Positions 14,734 through 28,086 of a DNA stretch of 64,000 bases are shown in pieces. Both the position numbers and the translations under genes were made by a program. The notes under the pieces were generated by a model. That model was given only the letters and a program-made list of their open reading frames with translations. It had not been told where the DNA came from and did no database searches. The DNA is from Phoronis australis (Eukaryota > Animalia > Phoronida): contig NMRA01000392.1 of assembly GCA_002633005.1 (NCBI GenBank), forward strand, positions 76,188 through 140,187. Direction: 5' to 3'. Every line of letters begins with the position of its first letter. Position 1 is the first letter of the stretch.

Positions 14734-15225
14734 AGGCCCTGTCATATTGACTTAATTCCAGTCTGAGCGGAGTGTCGACATAAACAGTGAAGTTAACTGG
14801 ACCGTTCATACGGGCTTCGCTAATTAATGAACATCAAAGTAAACAGTAGGTGACGCTGTTGTCATTGAAGTAATCGCAAGGTAGCGCTGCACGCTAAGAT
14901 TTTTTTTCACAATTTGGGAACATTTACATGTGCTAATTGACATAAAACTTATTTTTAAATCGATTGGTGATTATTAGAGCAAAATATAAGCAACTATTAG
15001 CGTAATTGTTGACGATAACAGTGGCACCTGGCGATAACTTCGATAGGACCGAAGTTGACCATTCATACTGCACACCACAGCGTCGACGCTGCGCTGTTAA
15101 ATCCCCCTATTAACTGTGATGTTAACTGAAGCTGTTAATTGAGATCCAGGACCGAAGTTATGCGTTCATACTGACCGCAACTCCCCAAACCATTGACGCG
15201 TCGATGTTAAAGTATGAAAGGCCCT
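14734..15225. mobile_element. PIF/Harbinger-like MITE family A, copy 1
   Basis: AGGCCCTGTCATA...TATGAAAGGCCCT termini with TTA duplication; highly similar to 21509-21987 and 23615-23997. Confidence 0.8.
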
Positions 15226-16355
15226 TTAACGTCACAACTGTAAGAAAATTTCAGTCCACACAACATAACACTTCCATGTTCCCCCTAATAAGTGACCCGG
15301 ACGCTTCAGGAAGGGGGTTGAAACCCGGTCTCCGAAACAGGTGAAATTGTAACCTAGAATTCATCAAATTTATGCTCTGTGACATACCTGTAATCAGTAT
15401 GACACTTTCTACAAAATTGCAGTGCACTGCTATCAAACTTTGCTTTAAATTACGAGCATTTTTCATAAAATCCCAGTGCGAAAAATCACCGACTGATGCG
15501 TCGCTGCCTCGCGATCACTGATAGGTCAACTTGAATTTTTTAGTAAGAATATAGTTTCGACTCAACATATTAGGCCTACCTTAGTCAGAAGTCCTCCTTA
15601 AGTTTTTAAAATAGTGTAAGAATTTTTAAGTTCCTGCGAAGTCGGGATTAACTGCATATTAAGTCCAAATCTACGCTAGATCGTACTCCGCAACACAAGA
15701 AAAATCTCTGGACGAACACACGTTGTAACCTGATGTTTGTTTTGAAGTTCGTCTGCGAATTGTGTGAAGGAGTATCAGCGCTTGTCATCAGAGTTCATTT
15801 GCCATCTAGTAAACGCGATTAACGATCTGGGTGTGCATTGTAACTTAAGGAAATTAACACAAGCAGTAAGGCAGAACGTGTTTCATTTACCACTTGTTGA
15901 CCTCATCTGCTAAAAAACGTTCGAGAATTGTTTCCGCGAGTAAGGCCGATGTCATGGAGTCACCGGGTGACTGGATGGGTGACTGGATGCGTGACAGTCT
16001 AACAGTTATTTTTCAAGAGATTCGGGGGGTGTAAGGGTGCGGAAGTGTTCACTATCAGAGGGTGTTTGACTTTACAAACAAAAATATTTACGACTAATTC
16101 AATAATTTCACCTTAAAAATAACGCAAACGTTTTTACGGTATTAGAAACTTTCGGAAATAAGTGCCAGTATTTACTTCTTGCCAATGCTATGCTTCCCGT
16201 TTCATAAATAGATAGTTCCCAAAGACTAATCTTCGATGACAGGTGCAGCACGTGCTCTCCTGGCCACGTGCTTCTAACTGAACAAAGGTCAAGTTAATTT
16301 ATAAGTCTTCGATTTGCAGTTTTCACGTGTAGAAAGAAATTTGGATTCCTGTTAA

Positions 16356-18936
16356 CCCTATCGTGTTTCTATTTATAGCAAAAACACCATATGCTGAAGA
16401 CCTATATTCCACTAATTCTGAGTGCATGTACAGAAATGGCCATAACTTTACTCTTTGGCAAGATATCAACTTACTTTTTGATACATTTATCTCCCATGTG
16501 ATGATGCTAACATAGCTGTTGACTTCATGAGCAAAACTCATCAAATTCCCAGGTAAATACAGGTAAAGGAAGCAAATAATGTTTTTCAATCAAATTAAGC
16601 CATTTCCATGCACAGTATTACTGCTTTTATTGCTTAAGTTAAAAAATACTTAATACACAATTTTCTGAAATTCATCCTAAAAAGTTAAGGCCAGTATTCA
16701 CCCATTCCGGAGACAATATGTTACGTAACGACATGCAGGTAACAACCAAGCCAACAGGCTCTAAATGGAAAGATGAACATAATGCACCAGCCCAGAAGCT
16801 CAAGATAGTTTGACTTGCAATAGAACTAAAGATTAAGTATACTGAGCAAAATATTAAACAACAGTCACAAATTACTATTTAACCACTACCTGAGAATAAT
16901 GAACCACAACAAACAGGTGAGTTCAGGTAAGTCATATTTCGAATCATGTCCTTCCGAATTCACGCAATTTCGAATTGTATGTAAAGCATGAAATAAACTT
17001 ACTGTCCTTGTAAATGTGACTTTTATTATTACACAGTGTTCCTATCATGGAAGTCTCCAAAGCACCCAACGCGGCACAATGGTATTTTGCAAAAACTGCA
17101 CATGTAGCTGGTTTATGGGGGCGTCCCTTTGGTGTTTTTTGCTTTTGGCTAGAACATTGCCTGCAGATCTTTTTGCGGCCATCAATCTTGACAGGTTCGT
17201 GTAAATTCGAATTTTGGTTGTTGATGGCAATGTCCATGTTTTTGCGACCAACATGAAAGGCCCTTGATGTGAAACCAGCTCGCAGTTGGTTGGCCACGTC
17301 GGCTCGAAATGCAAGATGGTCATAGGACCTGGGTGGGCTCGGGTCTTTGACGGACTTGGAGTACTGTATCCACGACTTCACAACGGCCATGTTGACGATG
17401 TAATTCAACACGTAGCGCCACCATTTCATGCCAGACCTACCAACTGGATAGTAGCACATTAGTTGGTCGAATTTGTCAATGCTGCCCATATGCATGTTGT
17501 ACGCAATATTGACGTGAGGCTTTCCATTCTCATCAACACCATGATTAGGCAAGGTAAACAGAAAATTTATCTGCCTTTTATCTTTGAACGATGTTACCAA
17601 CACCCCCCCTTTCTGTAGCTGAATTACATCCCCTTGATTTTTAATTTTGATTTTTAATTACATCTGGTAATCCTTTCTTGTTCTGATTAATGGTTGTACA
17701 TGAACCAGAAGGAGATGCTCGCTGAGGAGTAATGAGGAAAAAAATCTATCGAAATAGATGTGGCGGCCTTGGTGGTGGTATGGCTGAGTAAGATTCCACA
17801 CCACATCATACCCCAATCCATGCTCTCTTCCCCCTGCTTTCTGACCAGTATAAATCTCGAACCCACAGCAGTAACCTGACTCGCTGTCACATAGCTGCCA
17901 CACTTTGATTCCCCATTTTGTGGGTTTGGCCGGCATATACTGGCGGAAGAAAATTCTCCCCTTGTATCCTACCATACCCTCATCAACAGAAAGATTCTGG
18001 GTTGGCTTGTAATAGCTGAAAATTTTTGGACTGATCAAGTCAATGAGAGGACAAATTTTGTACAAAGGGTCATAGTTCGGGTCACCTCTAGCTGGCTGTT
18101 GAGACAAATCGCATACATGTAAGTATTGATTTAGTTTGACGTATCTGGTCCTAACATTGTGGATGAAATGTAAGGATCATTGAAATGCTCAGGATCTTTA
18201 CTCCAATAAAAACTCAGTCGAGGTAATTGCTTTATTCCCATCATAATTGAAAAACAGAAAAAAGCCTTCATTTCAGCAGGGCATGTTGGCTGCCATTTTG
18301 AATCTGGTGATGTTGCAATATTCTGCCGAGACACCATTTCAAAAAACTATCAGGCAAAAACAACTTGAAATAATCAACAGGTTTTGCTGAAGGCTCTCAG
18401 TCATGATTTACAGCAGTTATCTCAGTAAAATCTATCAAATTGTTATAACACAAGTCCCGCGACCACTCTGCACCAAGCGTCGCTAGTGTGGGATCATCAA
18501 CATCGGCGATTTCATCATCGCTATAATCTCCGATTGACGAAACATTGGATACACTGACATCAGATTCGTTCGTCAAAACAACGTCCCTCACGACGTCGAA
18601 GAGATTCGGCAACTTCTACGTTCATAATACCATCAACACTCGTGTCACTGTCGCTGCTATAGTCGTAGTCCTTACCGGAAACCATGAGACATTTAAATTT
18701 TCGAAAACAAGTTAAAAAATCCCGAGAAAATCACCTCAAAAAGTTCTAATTCAATCGCTCGACATTCAGAAATATAATAGGACGAACAGACGGAAGTTTA
18801 CAACGGGAATAACGTTCAGTCTCGGGTGTTGCGTGAATGAACTGGATCTATATTTAGTCAGGTTAGGTCGGCCGGTTTGAGACGGGTTGGTTGCATACGG
18901 CAATGGCCGGTTTTGGCGGGGTTGGTTGAGATAGGG
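16356..18936 (-). mobile_element. piggyBac DNA transposon, ~2.6 kb, decayed
   Basis: TTAA TSD at 16352-16355 and 18937-18940; CCCTATC...GATAGGG termini. Removing it restores the host element sequence (…TGGATTCCTGTTAAGGGAGA…). Confidence 0.9.
17029..18692 (-). pseudogene. Frameshifted piggyBac (PGBD4-like) transposase
   Basis: Consecutive ORF fragments with DPLYKI, SVDEGMVGYKGR, YMPAKPTKWGIKVW, YFDRFFSS, YNMHMGSIDKFDQ and KWWR. C-terminal Cys-rich domain CRQC...(frameshift)...CSFCKIPLCRVGCFGDFH. Confidence 0.92.
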
Positions 18937-18940
18937 TTAA

Positions 18941-19201
18941 GGGAGATCTGTGCGGGTAACATACAATACAACCCCTTTGACAAGTACGCTGCATCTGTTC
19001 TGAAAGGCCAGGCCATAATTGGACACGTCCCTCGCAAAATCAGCAAAACTTGCCTTCTTGTTCAAGCATGGCGGATTAGTGTGAAGTGTATAGTCACGGC
19101 TAAGTACCAACATAGCGACAAGGCTCGTGGTCTACAAATTCCGCACAATGATTTTTTCATGGCTGTCGGATCTTATTGATGAATAGTAGACGTTACTGTA
19201 G
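18941..19201 (+). pseudogene. HIRAN-like domain relic, C-terminal part (N-terminal part at ~16300-16355, separated by the piggyBac)
   Basis: NPFDKYAASVLKGQAIIGHVPRKISKTC...VKCIVTAKY...GLQIP here; SSICSFHV*KEIWIPV lies just left of the piggyBac. Confidence 0.75.
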
Positions 19202-19354
19202 AATTTTAGAACTGTAGGTAAGGCATTTTTTGCATGTACACGGCGTTCATGGACTGGGCGTTTATTTTAGGAAAGTCTGAAAACGCCGTGGGGGGCGCTT
19301 ATAGGGGCATGGGCGTTTATTAAGGCGTTTATTAGGGCGTATACGGTTATTATG

Positions 19355-19840
19355 CTGTTTGTTTCTGTTTGTTTCTGTTTCTGTGGTGACGTCAGGGGGT
19401 AGGCACCGGGATAGTCTCTGGCCATCCTCCTTCCAGTATTGCACGCAATGTAAATTTGGAGATGCAACCAAGTTCGTGCTGCTTACACACTCTTCGATCT
19501 TTCCCCTGATACGAGTTTTTGCTGCATCTCCATATTGCCATCCTCGCTCTATGAGGCGCTTTGTTGCCCATCCCTCCTGCTGTTGCACAATCTTGGCATC
19601 TGTAAGAGATTCACGCACTCTGGGATATTACTTCTGCTGGTGTGAGGAGCAGGTCGGCAATCGGTTCTGCAATGCCTGCAACCTCATCCGCCTTGACGTT
19701 GAATGAGATGCCACAGTGTCCTGGTATATAAACACTGGTGAAGAGACCATTAATAGAGCTGAACAGAGCGATCATATTATTCGGGACTTCAGATATTTTG
19801 TATACGCATGTCAGAGTCCATTTAAGAGATGGCAGGCTTT
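19355..19840 (-). mobile_element. 5'-truncated non-LTR retrotransposon fragment with RNase H C-terminus and (ACAGAA)-like tail
   Basis: Minus frame VYIPGHCGISFNVKADEVA matches the RNase H motif W/Y-I-P-G-H-x-G-I-x-x-N-E-x-A-D; a short tandem-repeat tail lies at 19355-19385. Confidence 0.65.
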
Positions 19841-21335
19841 CTATAATGCATGTACTAGGTAATTATCCACCCACCTATCCATTACATTTGAAGGTTTGAA
19901 GACCAAACATTTGGCATGGTAACTGCTAAGTGTTGCCAAATCAGACAACCATGTCTAAGACTTTTGTTTCATGGGAGCTGCACAGATAATTTTCCAGTCT
20001 AGACCACTCATCACTTGAAAAACGTCATGTCTATAAGGACTTGAGTTTAGTTTCAATGCCTTAAACTTAAACTTCGTAACTGTATAACAAGTCCACCTCA
20101 ATCAAGAAAAAAAGCTGGGCATTATTTTCTCCCTACGATAGCAACATCGGTTTCCGTAATTAAAATGATTCGACAGATCCCCTGCCATTGGTAAGAAGTG
20201 CCCCAAAATTGGGAGAGTTAGCAAACCCAGTCAGAAATGATGACCTTTTGACACTTGTTATTATTACTGGCTGATGCACTGAATAATCTGTTTGGCGAAA
20301 TAAAAATCATTCTTTTACCAAAGGTTCAAAAGAAATGTCGGGTGCACGAGCTACATGGTTTCAGGTGGTGTCCACCCTTAAGTTTTATTGTAGTGGTCCC
20401 GCCGTCACACCTGTTCGACAGGTTACAGGTAGGTCGATAAAATATTCAATATTTTCAACTAAAAATTGTTGGGGGCGGGATCATGTTTGATGTAAACAAA
20501 TAGCCCTGTGATAATGAAAAAAAATTGTTTGTCAGATTACAAATAAAATATTTTCAGTCATGCTTAAACTTTGCGGTTGGTTGTCGTGTGAGGGGAGACA
20601 ATCTTAATTTTGATTTACACCTAATTATGATAATCAGGCGAAAATCAAAACTAATTATAATAATTATTATTAATAATAATAAATAGAACCCATTGCTGTG
20701 CAAGGAAATGCTTTAAAAAGTAAGGACGGAGAATTCTTGAAATGAACACAGACGACTTCTCAGACACTTGCTTATACCAGTAGACATTGAGAAGTAACAC
20801 AGCTGAGGTCACGGTCAAGGTAACAGGTCACTCATGCATCCTTGCTGATACAACTCATGGCTAGACCTTGATGCCACTGTTTATGAATACAACACGATCA
20901 GTCATAAATTATGTAGAAGCTTGGCACACCCTGAAATCTCAGACAACTTGATACAATTACATTAGCATGCAATGGACACAAATATTTTTACCAGAATTGA
21001 CACTTTCTGCAAAGAGGCTGCAACAGTCTAGAGTTCTGAAATGTTTGTTTTTAATATAATACAATTGTTGATATTTCGTAAATGCTTATCATCCTTCATT
21101 TATAAAAAACCAAGTGCATAAGAGAATTGTGTTCCTTGCTAAACTTGTTTTTAAATAATTTCAGAATGCTTTCAAGAGATGGTTCTTGAGAATACAAGTA
21201 TGACACCGGACAAGGCTATTAAACTTCAACTAACAATACGAAAGTCAATGTAATAAAATACATAAAAAAATTCATTCACGAATGTACGACTCAATTTGAA
21301 AAAAAACATCCGCAGAGTGACACAGTTCACAATTT

Positions 21336-21509
21336 GGTTAAACACTGTTTTACCCATGTACCAACAATGGGAATATTCATCAATCGGTCAGTTGCTTTTA
21401 AACACAAAATTGAGAGTTTAAAGGTTAAACAATGTTTTACCCATGTACCAACAATGGGAATATTCATCAATCGGTCAGTTGCTTTTAAACACAAAATTGA
21501 GAGTTTAAA
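21336..21509. repeat. 87-bp tandem duplication (2 near-identical copies)
   Basis: GGTTAAACA(C/A)TGTTTTACCCATG...GAGAGTTTAAA twice, abutting MITE A copy 2. Confidence 0.95.
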
Positions 21510-21987
21510 GGCCTTTTCACATTGACTTAACTCCGGTCTGAGCGGAGCGTCGACGTAAACAGCGCAGTTAACTGGACCGTTCATACTGGCTTCGGTAATT
21601 AATGACCATCGAAGTAAAGGGTTGGTGACGCTGACGTCATCGAAGTTATCGCAAGGTAGCGCTGCACACTAAGATTTTTTTCAATGTGACAATTTGGGAA
21701 CATTTAAATGTGCTAGATGATATTAAACTCATTTTTAAATCGATTGGTTATCATTAGAGCAAAAAGTAAGCAGTTATTAGTGACGGCACTACTCTGTAAC
21801 TGTCGACGATAACAGTGGCACCTGGCGATAACTTCGATTGAACCAGAGTTAAGCGTTCATACTGCACCACTTGTTAACTGCGATGTTAACTGGAGCTGTT
21901 AACTGCGATCCAGGACCGGAGTTAAGCGTTCATACTGACCGCAACTCCCCAAACCATCGACGCGTCGACGTTAGTATGAAAGGCCCT
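21509..21987. mobile_element. PIF/Harbinger-like MITE family A, copy 2
   Basis: Same termini and interior as copy 1; TAA/TTA flanks. Confidence 0.8.
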
Positions 21988-22044
21988 TTATATTTAGATT
22001 TCCTGTGGTTAAGCAACTAGTGTTTTCCACATCCTAATAATAAG

Positions 22045-22467
22045 CAAGGTACCTCAACTACACGGTTAACAGACTCATGAACACGGCCCACGGACGCATG
22101 AACACCGTCCACAGACTCACAAACACGGGAACGGACTCACAAAACACGGTCCATTCACCCAAATACACGGGACACGGACTCATATTCACGAGGAAACACG
22201 GTTAACGGACCGCCAAACACGGCTCACGGACTCATCAACTTCCTGGGTCAGCTGACATCTACAGTTTGTCTGTAAACCGTGTTTGGCGGTCCGTTAACTA
22301 TCGTGAATGTGAGTCCGTGTCCCGTGTATTTGGGTGAATGGATTGTGTTTTGCGAGTCCGTTCCCGTGTTTGTGAGTCCGTGGACGGTGTTTGCAGGTCC
22401 GTGAGTCGTGTTCATGCTTCCGTGACCATGTTTATGAGTGCGTTAACTGTGTAGTTTAGATACCTTG
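22045..22467. mobile_element. Foldback (palindromic) element with ~190 bp arms made of ~20 bp subrepeats
   Basis: CAAGGTACCTCAACTACACGGTTAAC ... GTTAACTGTGTAGTTTAGATACCTTG; AACACGG..CACGGACTCA-type units mirrored in the right arm; AG on both flanks. Confidence 0.85.
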
Positions 22468-23614
22468 AGTTACAAGGCAGACTCGATTTTCACATGGTGG
22501 TGTTAATGAAGAATAAGCCTTTTGTGATCTGCATAGAATGAGACCAAAACTCTTCATCTGAGCAGTCTTCATGGGATGATGGTCTCCCATTTGACTATCT
22601 CAATGCAAGTAATTACACATGTGGGGTTGCTGCCAAACAAGTGGCACCAGGTTGAATAGAGGAGCTCGCCTCACGTCATGTGGGTGGAAACAGTTTTTGA
22701 CATTATTGGAAGTAACTTAAGTGGCGTTCAGTTCAGTACAAAACCTATCTTCTAACACAAACCAATTGAAATGAATCCATCACCAATATGCACATCCCGA
22801 ACTAGCATGTGCACAAGCTAGTTAAAGAACTGTATTAGGTTGGAATTGGGGTACCCTATTCACTGTGAACCTCACTCCATCTTCAATCAATACAAGTTCT
22901 GGCCAATGATGATATTACCTTTTGCAGACCGTGTACTTGCATGTTTGGCAGTTTGTGTTTTATTCATTATCCCAGAAAAGCTCTTGCACGGTTCCAGCTC
23001 AGTAAGCCCAACAACTATTAAAAAGTTCTTGCTTCGGTTGACTGCAGAAATTAGAAACCATAGCTTCAGTGAAGTCTACTTAAAACCAATGCCTACGTGA
23101 TAACATCAAAGATGATTTCAATCTATACTTTACTGAAATAACCTGAATTAACTTGGATATTAGCATTACACCCAACAAAGTACAACCTGCGTGGGGAATC
23201 TTTTTCTTATGATCACAGACTGTTAGAGGTCACTATCAATCTGCAGCTGACACTGAGTTACAAAACTGATTTCAGAATAGGGTTGCAGTTAAGAGTCTAC
23301 ATGTTCCACATCGCTTGCACTCCTACATATCAAATTCAAAAATGAACTGCACATTCCATGGAAACAAAGTACAAGCATTAAGACCTGAAATTAATACCTT
23401 TAGTCAGGTGTTTACCGGACTTAATTACTGAAAGAATTTCCCTTCAGAAATGTTTTCTCAATGCAAAATATTCAGCTACCTCATAACTTTTCAATGTTGT
23501 ACAAATCAGCATTTACGTTTTAACTGCTTTTCAATTTTTGCATGACTGTGCACAGCCTCAATTGCGTTATTATGTGGTAAATGGTAAATGTAAATCATAC
23601 TGCACTTTCATTTA

Positions 23615-23997
23615 AGGCCTTTTCATACTGACTTAACTCTGATCTAAATGGAGCATCAACGTTAACTGCGAAGTTAACTATACCGTTCATACCAGGCTTC
23701 AGTAGTTAAGGAACATCAAAGTAAATGTCATCACGGTAATCGCAAGGTAGCGCTGCACGCTAAGATTTTTTAATGTGACAATTTGGGAACATTTGCATGT
23801 GCTAATTGACATAAAATTTATTTTTAATTCGATTTGTGATTATTCGAGCAAAATATAAGCAAGTATTAGCGACTACACTACCCTTAAATTGTTGACGATA
23901 ACAGTGGCACCTGGCGATAACTTTGATGGGACTAAGCATTCATACTGACAACAACTCCCCAGCCTATCAAAGTATAGACGTTAATTTGAAAGGCCTT
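23615..23997. mobile_element. PIF/Harbinger-like MITE family A, copy 3 (internally deleted)
   Basis: AGGCCTTTTCATACTGAC...GAAAGGCCTT; aligns with copies 1 and 2. Confidence 0.75.
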
Positions 23998-24756
23998 TAA
24001 GGAAAACATTTTCAGAAATGATTGCAACCACATAGGCAAATCTAGCTTACAAAATTACTACTGAAGTTCAGAGATGACCTGTATGCCACTATTACCACAC
24101 AAATTAAGAAGCAAAAATACAGTCAAACCACGTTTTGAAAAAATTCACAGGATTTGCATTTTTTCATCTAGGTAAGCATCAGAGGCAAACAAGTTTCAAA
24201 CCAGGACATCATTAATAACTGAAAAATCTTCAAAGAGAAAAGGGAATATTGTAAATGTGTTTTGATGATTTTACTTTTGAAATTCAACATACCATGATAA
24301 AACCATATTCAATAATATGATATGCTGTTAATAAAATCTCACACATGACCACCATGAATAGTTAAATGCTAATAGAAAACCCATTGACTGAATGCATGAC
24401 CCCTGAAGAAAGTGCAGTTTAAAATTTCTCACTAGTATAATGTATTTCATGGTAACAAAGGGATATTAAAATGCTTATTGTTAAAGTTAAGACACCCTAA
24501 AACAGGTCATTTTCATACATTTGTTTTTTAAACGTGCAAAAATTGCAACATACTAGAGATGGCTTAAGATTTTACCAAACCATCTTGTTTGTTAGTATGG
24601 TATTTCATTTTCTTTATAGTTGAAATGATTTAATTTCCCAAAACAGACCCATTTTCACCATAGTGTTTCCAAAGCCATCGCTGTTCTAAATGTTTCCTTT
24701 GGCCATGCAAAAGTTGGCATCATCCATTATAGCTCAACTTTTCAAGAGAACTCCAA

Positions 24757-25215
24757 TGCTAACATTTGAGGTTTTGTTACCCCAACACCTAAGAGAGCCT
24801 AAGCCAGACTGTGACTAACCAGTCCTAATTCATTCACAAATCAATGCTCGTTGCCTAGCCGTAATGTTGAAGAAGACGTATTCGCTAATTTCTATTATAA
24901 TACATCGATTTTAACAAATTCAAAGACAACTACTATTTACATTTCTATTTCAAAAACAGTCATGTTGGTCGTTTGCCTTATTTATTGTACGTTTTTGACT
25001 TTGTAACTCATATGCTTAACAGACATCTTGCTTTACGATCGCTGAATTATCTCATGCAGCACATTCAGCCACACCAAGGAATAGCAACTAGCTCCCTTCA
25101 ATCCATGACGGGAAGGTTCCATCAAGCCTTTTTCATGCTCAGGACTTTGCTGGATACTCTGAGGTAAACTGTGCACATTTTTTCGTCCACTTGCATGCAA
25201 ATCCTGTTAGAGCTG
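24757..25215 (+). repeat. Old dispersed repeat family (other pieces at ~1390-1640 +, ~3340-3480 +, ~4590-5015 -)
   Basis: Shared blocks TGCTAACAT..GG.TT..GTTACCC and GATACTCTGRGGTAAAC.GTGCAC...TCGTCYACTTGCRTGCAAAT. Confidence 0.65.
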
Positions 25216-26099
25216 TCCTCAAGCATCATTTTAATTCTTAATCTGATATAAAGTAAGTTTTTGTGACCCTAAAAAAACCCAGGCTAAGATGAAAAGTACT
25301 CAAAAGATTGATTGCTCAATTCCATAAAAGATTGATCGCTCTTTGATTGAAAAATACACTTGAGGTATTCAATTATGAATTTATGTTAACATAAATATTC
25401 GGGTTACGCCTTCAATGGTTAAATTCATTACCTTGTAAAGTCGAGATGGTAAGCGCGAGAACTGAGACCTTAAGGTACTTAAATTGGAAACCAACAAAAT
25501 CATGGGTTGGGCCCTTAATTTGTGCGCCAGATAATATGACCTCCAAAATTCCACTGATTGCACGTTCAAAGAAATTGTGGCAATAGTCACTTACAGGGGT
25601 CTTGGATATTGAGAACAACTTTGATCCCTGTTATTTAGTGGAGAAAACTGATTAAAATACAGGATTCCTACTGAAAATAATGCTCCCTGACACCTTCCTG
25701 CAGGTTGCTTTAATAGTCTATTTAGACAGAATAATCAGATAGTCCAAGAAAAAAAAACATTGTTGAACTTTATTCTGAAACCAACGAACACTATTAAAGC
25801 AATCAATAGAGGTCACAAACAAGGTACATGTTTGTTGTGTTTGTTCACCTACATCAGAGGAATGCAGTCAGTACGTGTGTGCCCCCATGCTTGACCCCAA
25901 TGAACCAATGATAGGTGGGCTTGCTAATGCAAATGACCACATTCACAGCGCTTCATTTAAAAGCAACTGTAACTTGCTCTCTGTAAAAAATAACTTTTGA
26001 TTTAGACCACTTGCACTTAAAAATTAACATTTTTGTTGCTATTCTCAGTGCTGGGAATAGAAATGATTTGCTAAGGCTTGAGAGCCAATGGTTCAAAGT

Positions 26100-27060
26100 T
26101 ATTGCTTCATACTAAGACCAAGTTATTTATCACGGCAGATTAGTTTCAGCCACAGAAGCAGTACAGACGTCATCAGAATTCCATACATTTTACGGCAACA
26201 AATTTCAATTCAAGCAAAGTATGAAAACAAAACAGCCTTGGCTTGGAAGAGCAAAAATGCCAGAGAAATTTTGACACAAAAAAGAACACGATGTATAACC
26301 GCATCAAAGGGGCCAATATGACTTCAGTCATACTTCATGATGGCTTGAGATTAGAGGCACAAGGTATAATTCTGCCCAGAGATGACTACCACAAACTTGT
26401 CATCAATCAATCATGCAACTTCGGGGAGAATAACAAGAAATTTCAGACAGCAAGACCCAGGACATAATTGGAGAATGGCACATAATTTTACCATCATGGT
26501 ATCCCCAAAAATTAGTTTGCATGTAAATTTGGAAACGGAGGTGGCCTATAAACAGAAAATGCATCCTAAAACGGATCATGTGTTGGACGAACTGCGTATC
26601 TGTCCTGAATAAAGCACACAATTTAAATCTGGTATCTTAAACAACTGACAGATAGAATAACTGACTGTAAATTTTTGCCGTTACCCAGTGAATGAACTAA
26701 CGCTTCCTGTCAACAGCAAAAAGCCACCAGCCATAAGGCCAGAACATAATTTCTTGATGTGAACGAGATTATGGATCTGCAAGATTAGACGAAAGCTGGA
26801 ATTACAGAATAAGAGAAAGTCGATGACGATCTCTCGACAATGATAGGGAGAATAGCAAGTAGTACTACAATACAAATAGTTGCCGAGAGAAAATACATTT
26901 GCCTTGAAGCCTCAGTAATGATTAAATGCAATTAATAGTTTCCGGAGGAGCAGAGCCTAACACAAGACACTTGACTCAATGAACAAGTAGGATGACCAGA
27001 TTGAAAATGTTGCAATGATGGTGAAATAGCACCCTTAAATAATTGGAATTCAGAAAATTG
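26100..27060 (+). pseudogene. Highly degraded DNA transposase remnant (hATm-like)
   Basis: Fragments LPRDDYHKLV and FRQQDPGHNWRMAH resemble the PRDDYxEL ... PGxxHxARWMA signature; many stops and frameshifts. Confidence 0.35.
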
Positions 27061-27096
27061 CATCCAAGAAAAAAGGATTTTACGTCATGCAAAAAA

Positions 27097-27204
27097 CAAC
27101 TACGTGAAGTACGTTCTGAAACACAACTGCATGAAGTATGTTCTGTAACATAACTGCGTGAAGTACGTTCTGTAACATAACTGCGTGAAGTATGTTCTGT
27201 AATG
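27097..27204. repeat. 27-bp minisatellite, 4 copies
   Basis: (Y)AACTRCRTGAAGTAYGTTCTGWAAYR repeated head to tail without spacers. Confidence 0.9.
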
Positions 27205-27999
27205 CAACAAGCTACATTTGGTCGTTGTTTAGCAGAAAATACATGTGCCATTTTCGATATCGTAACTTTAGGGCTGGCCAACCCCAATAAGCTCTGAAGC
27301 CTTTTCCTGAGCCATTGATGGTTTCGCTGTTCTTGAAATTGAATCCAGCTATCACAGTATTAAGGAATATTAGGAGACCAATATTATGAGGGTAAAAGGC
27401 CTAATTCGATTATTGTTTTTAGCCTGTTTAAAAACAGGGTAAAAAGCAATTACAATGACTTACTAATACCTATTAAAGAATTGGGAGACATTTGAATTGG
27501 GCAATCATATGACCTATTTGTACTTTGACAATTTCTAAATAGCATTAATCTATTGCTTTTTTGTCTAATTGTGTGTTTGGATTTCAAAGTTATTCTGGGT
27601 GTATACTTGTCATCTTTGGAAGCAAAATGTGCTCAGACTTTCAATTGTTTCATTATCTGTAAGTGAGCTCATACGACATGGTAAAGTTTTATTCTTGCAT
27701 TTGTTTTGAGAGCACCAGCATATGATTATTATATTCATGTCATAACAGCACGAAAATATATCAAACATAGTAACCTAAGATTCAGTACTTTTAATCAAAT
27801 AAATAGTATGTCTTCAAAATCTTGGTTACCTAACCTTTAATCAAGGAAGTGACCACAACAGAAACCAAGTGTTATGATTATAATTGAGAACTAGAGTGTC
27901 TTGCTACCTGACTGTGTCTGACTTAGAAACAAAGCCACTTTAAAACCAAAATTCTGTCTGAACTTCACTGATTTATCAAACTTGCAAATCTCAATGAAA

Positions 28000-28086
28000 A
28001 CTTCGATTCAGGACTGAAGTTAAGCATTCGTACATACCGTAACTCCCCAAAACATCCACGTGTCCACGTTAGTATGAAAGGTCCTA
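28000..28086. mobile_element. Right-end fragment of MITE family A
   Basis: CAGGACTGAAGTTAAGCATTC...CGTTAGTATGAAAGGTCCT matches the family 3' end. Confidence 0.6.

Larger units (their letters stand above)
15274..19346 (+). mobile_element. Tc2/pogo-like non-autonomous TIR element carrying a HIRAN-like relic (copy 1), interrupted by a piggyBac
   Basis: Right end ...ATTAGGGCGTATACGG; degenerate left end CCATGTTCCCCCTAATAAG. 15313-16355 and 18941-19346 align by eye with the copies at 31421-34346. Confidence 0.8.

Noticed and set aside
27097-27204. 27-bp repeats as a CRISPR array
   Set aside because: Head-to-tail with no unique spacers, no cas genes, eukaryotic context.
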